From contig CAYPIR010000001.1 in assembly GCA_964410905.1 (NCBI GenBank), forward strand, positions 21,861-85,860: 64,000 nucleotides of DNA. The letters run 5' to 3'. Within the stretch, counting starts at the first letter, position 1. The number at the start of each line of letters is the position of its first letter. A program made the translations under genes and the position numbers. Positions 60,719 to 64,000 of the stretch are shown piece after piece. Source of the DNA: an uncultured bacterium. Its GTDB lineage: Bacteria > Omnitrophota > Omnitrophia > Omnitrophales > Aquincolibacteriaceae. The notes below the pieces were generated by a model that was given only the letters and a program-made list of their open reading frames with translations, ran no database searches and had not been told where the DNA came from.

Positions 60719-61639
60719 TTAGGATTGTGATTCAAGAAAACGCAGAAGTTCTTGCATATCAAGAGGTAAGTCGCTTTTGAGGGCTATCCATTTTTTAGTA
60801 TGCGGTTGTTCAAAACCAATAGAGAGCGCGTGAAGGGCTTGTCTTTTGATAGCCGGAAACGGAATGCCATAAAGAGTGTCCCCAAGCACCGGATGCCCCA
60901 TATGAGCAAAATGAACGCGGATTTGATGAGTCCGTCCCGTTTGAGGGCGAATTTCAACCCAAGTCGCGTTTTTATATCGTTTAAGAACTTTAAAAAAAGT
61001 TAACGCCTCTTTGCCGCCCGTCGGTCTAACAATAATTTTTTTTCTATTTAAAAACGCTCTGCCGACAGGCTCATTGCAATATCCCTCATCGTGCTGCACG
61101 ACTCCTTGGACAATCGCGTTATACACACGATCTACTGAATGCTCTTTAAATTGCTCAGCAAGCTTAGCGTGCGCAAAATCGTTTTTCGCCACAACCAAAA
61201 GCCCCGACGTATCCTTATCCAAACGGTGAACAATTCCAGGTCTAATCGCATCACTCCCACCTTTTAAATTTTTCACATGGAAAAGAACAGCGTTTACAAG
61301 CGTATGATCAGGATTTCCATTAGCAGGATGAACCACCATTCCAGAAGGTTTGTTTACAACAAGGCAATCCTCATCCTCATAAACAATTTCAAGCGGAATT
61401 TCTTCGGCGAGAAGCGATTTCGTAATAATTTCTCTGTCCGCAACAATGACGGCCTCGCCCTCTTTTACCAAATAATGAGAGCTTGCGACATTGCCATTTA
61501 CCGAAACATCTCCATTTTTAATCATCTTTTGCAAATGGGCTCTTGAATGCTTATCAGCCATTTTTTGCGCTAAAAAAACATCAAGCCTTCTATCCGCGTC
61601 CATTGCCTCGACTAGAAACTCAAAACTTTTTGCTGCCAT
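60719..61639 (-). CDS. rluD: RluA-family 23S rRNA pseudouridine synthase (RluD-like) with an S4 domain. The start is set at the internal MAAKS.
   Basis: HRLDKDTSGLLVVAK catalytic Asp motif and an N-terminal S4 domain. Confidence 0.85.
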   Translation of the reverse strand: MAAKSFEFLVEAMDADRRLDVFLAQKMADKHSRAHLQKMIKNGDVSVNGNVASSHYLVKEGEAVIVADREIITKSLLAEEIPLEIVYEDEDCLVVNKPSGMVVHPANGNPDHTLVNAVLFHVKNLKGGSDAIRPGIVHRLDKDTSGLLVVAKNDFAHAKLAEQFKEHSVDRVYNAIVQGVVQHDEGYCNEPVGRAFLNRKKIIVRPTGGKEALTFFKVLKRYKNATWVEIRPQTGRTHQIRVHFAHMGHPVLGDTLYGIPFPAIKRQALHALSIGFEQPHTKKWIALKSDLPLDMQELLRFLESQS

Positions 61640-61640
61640 A

Positions 61641-62378
61641 TCAGTTTCTTTTTGCCTTTCTAACTTTAAAGAACACAAACGCGATTAAGATAATGCCCGC
61701 GCTGATAAGTTGATTTGCCGTAAGTCCTTGCCAAGTCCAAGATGATTCGCGTAAAAATTCAACTAAGTAGCGGCCAAGCGCGTAAAGCATGAAATAAAGA
61801 AGTCCAATTTCGCCTGAAAAATGCTTGCGTTTTGCCCGTAACCGCAAGAAAAAGAAAAGCCCTACATTAAAAGCGGCTTCGTAAATTTGAGTGGGGTGAA
61901 CTTTGTACTCAAGAGCAGGAAACTGCACGGCAAATGGCAAATCACTCGGTTTTCCGTAGCAGCAGCCATTTAAAAAACAACCCATTCTGCCAAACACATG
62001 TGAAAGCGCGACATATGGCGTCAGAAAATCAAGACTTTGCCAAACTCCCCAGCCGTGATTCCTTGTCCAGTAGATGAAACTTACAAAACCTGATATTGCT
62101 CCTCCATAAAAAACAAGTCCGCCTTGCCAAACTTTTATAATGTCTAATGGATTGGCCCCGTAATAAGAAAAATTCTGGAAAACATAAAAAAGTCTCGCGC
62201 CGATAATCCCCCACATCACGACAAAAAAAACCATATCTAAAATTTGGGCGACGGGCGGGAAACCGTCTTTTTTTGCTTGGCGATGCATCAAAAACAAAGA
62301 GACAAGAATGCCGATAGCGATACAAAGTCCATAAGAAAAAACATGAAAATCACCAAATGAAATTACAACGGGATGCAT
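61641..62378 (-). CDS. lgt: Prolipoprotein diacylglyceryl transferase.
   Basis: …GRMGCFLNGCCYG… Lgt signature. Confidence 0.9.
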   Translation of the reverse strand: MHPVVISFGDFHVFSYGLCIAIGILVSLFLMHRQAKKDGFPPVAQILDMVFFVVMWGIIGARLFYVFQNFSYYGANPLDIIKVWQGGLVFYGGAISGFVSFIYWTRNHGWGVWQSLDFLTPYVALSHVFGRMGCFLNGCCYGKPSDLPFAVQFPALEYKVHPTQIYEAAFNVGLFFFLRLRAKRKHFSGEIGLLYFMLYALGRYLVEFLRESSWTWQGLTANQLISAGIILIAFVFFKVRKAKRN

Positions 62379-62830
62379 CAGTTCCCCTTTCGTTTAAAAG
62401 CATAAATAAAGTACAGCCCGACACCCACGGAAATAGCGATGTCCGCGACATTAAAAACAGGCCAAACTTTAAAATCGATAAAGTCCACAACCGCGGAGAA
62501 TCTTAGGCGATCAATCCAGTTCCCTATCGCCCCGGCAATAATAAGCGAATACGCGAACATATCGAGAGAGGAATTCTTTGAGGATTTCTTTTTGTTAAGA
62601 TAAAGCAAAAACATGAGAAGAAAAATAAGGCTAAGAGTAATCGCGCCAAAAAGGATTTCTTTATGCTCGCTAAAAAGTCCAAAGGCGACTCCTTTATTCA
62701 TAACGAGCGAAAAATCCAAAATTCGAGGAATTATTTGAACAGAACGCTCCAACGAAAGATTTTTAAGAGCGAAGAATTTTGTCGCTTGATCTAGCAGAAT
62801 AACTATTATGACTAGCAGGTAACAAAACAT
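62378..62830 (-). CDS. lspA: Lipoprotein signal peptidase II.
   Basis: …NKGVAFG…FNVADIAI… LspA motifs. Confidence 0.9.
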   Translation of the reverse strand: MFCYLLVIIVILLDQATKFFALKNLSLERSVQIIPRILDFSLVMNKGVAFGLFSEHKEILFGAITLSLIFLLMFLLYLNKKKSSKNSSLDMFAYSLIIAGAIGNWIDRLRFSAVVDFIDFKVWPVFNVADIAISVGVGLYFIYAFKRKGN

Positions 62831-63444
62831 TAAAACCGGCGAATGTCTTTATCGATTTCTTCCTGCGCCTTTATAGAAAGCCGAGCGTAAGGGATTGCCA
62901 AAAGTCTTTTTTTAGGAATCGCTGTCCCATAGACTTCGCAAATGCCATATGTGTCGTCTTCTATTTTTTTCAAGGCCACGCTGATATCGTTTAAAAGCTG
63001 CTGCTGATTTGAAGCGATGCCGATGTTCAGTTCTCTGTCATAGTTGTCTGTAGCAAGGTCGGAAGGATCAGAAAGTTCCGCCGCGCTGCTCACGCCTTTT
63101 TTAACAAGCGCGTCTTCCTCCACCTGCTGAATATTACCGACAATCTTTTTTTGAATTTGAAGCAAAGTTTTCTTGAAGCTGTTTAGTTCACTCTTGAGAA
63201 ACGGAGATTTTTTAAGTTTCTTTTCAGTCTTAGCGATTGAAACTTTTTTTGCCGATTTGCTTTTCACCGCGGCTTTCTTAATAATTTTAACTTTCTTTTT
63301 AGAAGGCGTAACTTTTTTAATTGTTTTTATTTTTGATTTTTTAGGGCCAACTTTTTTTACCGTTTTTTTAGCAACTTTTTTTATCGCTTTTTTCACTGCT
63401 TTTTTCACTGCTTTTTTTATCTTGTTTTTTTTCGCTTTCGCCAT
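62830..63444 (-). CDS. DksA/TraR-family protein with a lysine-rich (histone H1-like) N-terminal extension of about 80 aa.
   Basis: C-terminal DksA-like coiled-coil and zinc-finger region (only one Cys retained). N-terminal AKKAVKKAVKKAIKKVAKKTVKK repeats. Confidence 0.6.
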   Translation of the reverse strand: MAKAKKNKIKKAVKKAVKKAIKKVAKKTVKKVGPKKSKIKTIKKVTPSKKKVKIIKKAAVKSKSAKKVSIAKTEKKLKKSPFLKSELNSFKKTLLQIQKKIVGNIQQVEEDALVKKGVSSAAELSDPSDLATDNYDRELNIGIASNQQQLLNDISVALKKIEDDTYGICEVYGTAIPKKRLLAIPYARLSIKAQEEIDKDIRRF

Positions 63445-63658
63445 AACAAACCCTCTTTCTATACTGAATAACCGGGAAACGGCGCTCGGTTTTTATTGAC
63501 AAAAAATGACTCTTTCCGCCTAAAAAACGCGCGCATTATACCGACCGCTTCATATGGGCGCAAGCGATAAAACTCTTTTGAAAATTAAATTATGGGAAAG
63601 AAACGAGATTTAAAAAAGAGGCTGATGATTGGTTAGAAGCGTAAAAAGTTCCACTGCC

Positions 63659-64000
63659 TTACTTGTTTATAAAATCTATTAAAACGGTCGGCAGCTGCCC
63701 TTTTTTTTGCAACTCTTTAGAGAGAGATTTTAAAAACGCGCTAACAACGGCTGGGTCAAACTGCGTTCCAGAACAATTTATAATTTCTTGTATTGCAAAG
63801 TCAAGACTCTGTCCTTCTCTATAACATCGTGAAGAGACGATTGCGTGAAAACTATCGACAACGCATATAAGCCTCGCCTCGATTGGAATCTCTTCACCTT
63901 TTAATCCACGAGGATAACCCGTTCCGTCAAAGCGTTCGTGATGCGCTAAAATTATTTCACGCACGCGTTTAAATCCGCTTAAAGGCTCTAAAATTCGCGC
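63659..64000 (-). CDS. HD-GYP domain protein, C-terminal part only. The gene continues beyond the window end.
   Basis: HHERFDGTGYPRGL motif. Confidence 0.7.
   Translation of the reverse strand, partial: ARILEPLSGFKRVREIILAHHERFDGTGYPRGLKGEEIPIEARLICVVDSFHAIVSSRCYREGQSLDFAIQEIINCSGTQFDPAVVSAFLKSLSKELQKKGQLPTVLIDFINK

Overview
This is a 64 kb bacterial chromosomal window with LPS-type (diderm) gene content (lpxD, lgt, lspA, tolC-like), about 40-45% GC, almost entirely coded on the minus strand. No CRISPR array, rRNA, transposase or integrase was found.

Housekeeping core (coordinates 6.5-12.6 kb and 14.7-64 kb, excluding two restriction-modification cassettes):
- etfBA, ETF:quinone oxidoreductase and a large acyl-CoA dehydrogenase
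- glgB
- a TolC/MacA/MacB/MFS efflux locus
- ligA, acylphosphatase, SpoU methyltransferase, SDR, tRNA-Pro and rmuC
- a short mraZ-STAS-rsmH-ftsL-ftsI (dcw) cluster
- RNase P RNA (rnpB) and tRNA-Met(CAU)
- a CheY-like receiver and a GLUG-repeat secreted protein
- rpoD-dnaG, cvpA, a MiaB-like methylthiotransferase, rsmE, csp, hup, dnaE and guaA
- a SurA-N-like protein with lpxD (plus strand)
- folE, a CPBP protease and ridA
- a futalosine-type menaquinone operon (ubiE/menG, mqnC/E, mqnA, ubiX, ubiA, ubiD)
- rluD, lgt, lspA, a lysine-rich DksA/TraR-like protein and a partial HD-GYP gene

Accessory content:
- (a) A left-end island at 1-6.5 kb with two GT2 glycosyltransferases (a G8/A8 homopolymer abuts one start codon) and a COG1373 AAA+ ATPase.
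- (a, continued) The same island holds a tightly coupled operon encoding a PqqD-like RiPP recognition element, an HPr-kinase-like serine kinase and a PF14907-type nucleotidyltransferase. No lasso cyclase or leader peptidase is nearby. A (CAAG)10 tetranucleotide repeat lies in the 5' coding leader of the nucleotidyltransferase and behaves as a slipped-strand phase-variation switch.
- (b) An AT-rich Type II restriction-modification cassette: a gamma-class N6-adenine methyltransferase plus a putative endonuclease.
- (c) An MboI/DpnII-like cassette (HTH-Dam methyltransferase, DpnII-family endonuclease, second methyltransferase) wedged between dnaE and guaA.

Other notable signals:
- three 10-bp GTGG direct repeats upstream of mraZ (an MraZ operator)
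- a non-phosphorylatable STAS gene inserted in the dcw cluster
- lysine-rich histone-H1-like tails on RpoD and the DksA-like protein
- several intrinsic terminators
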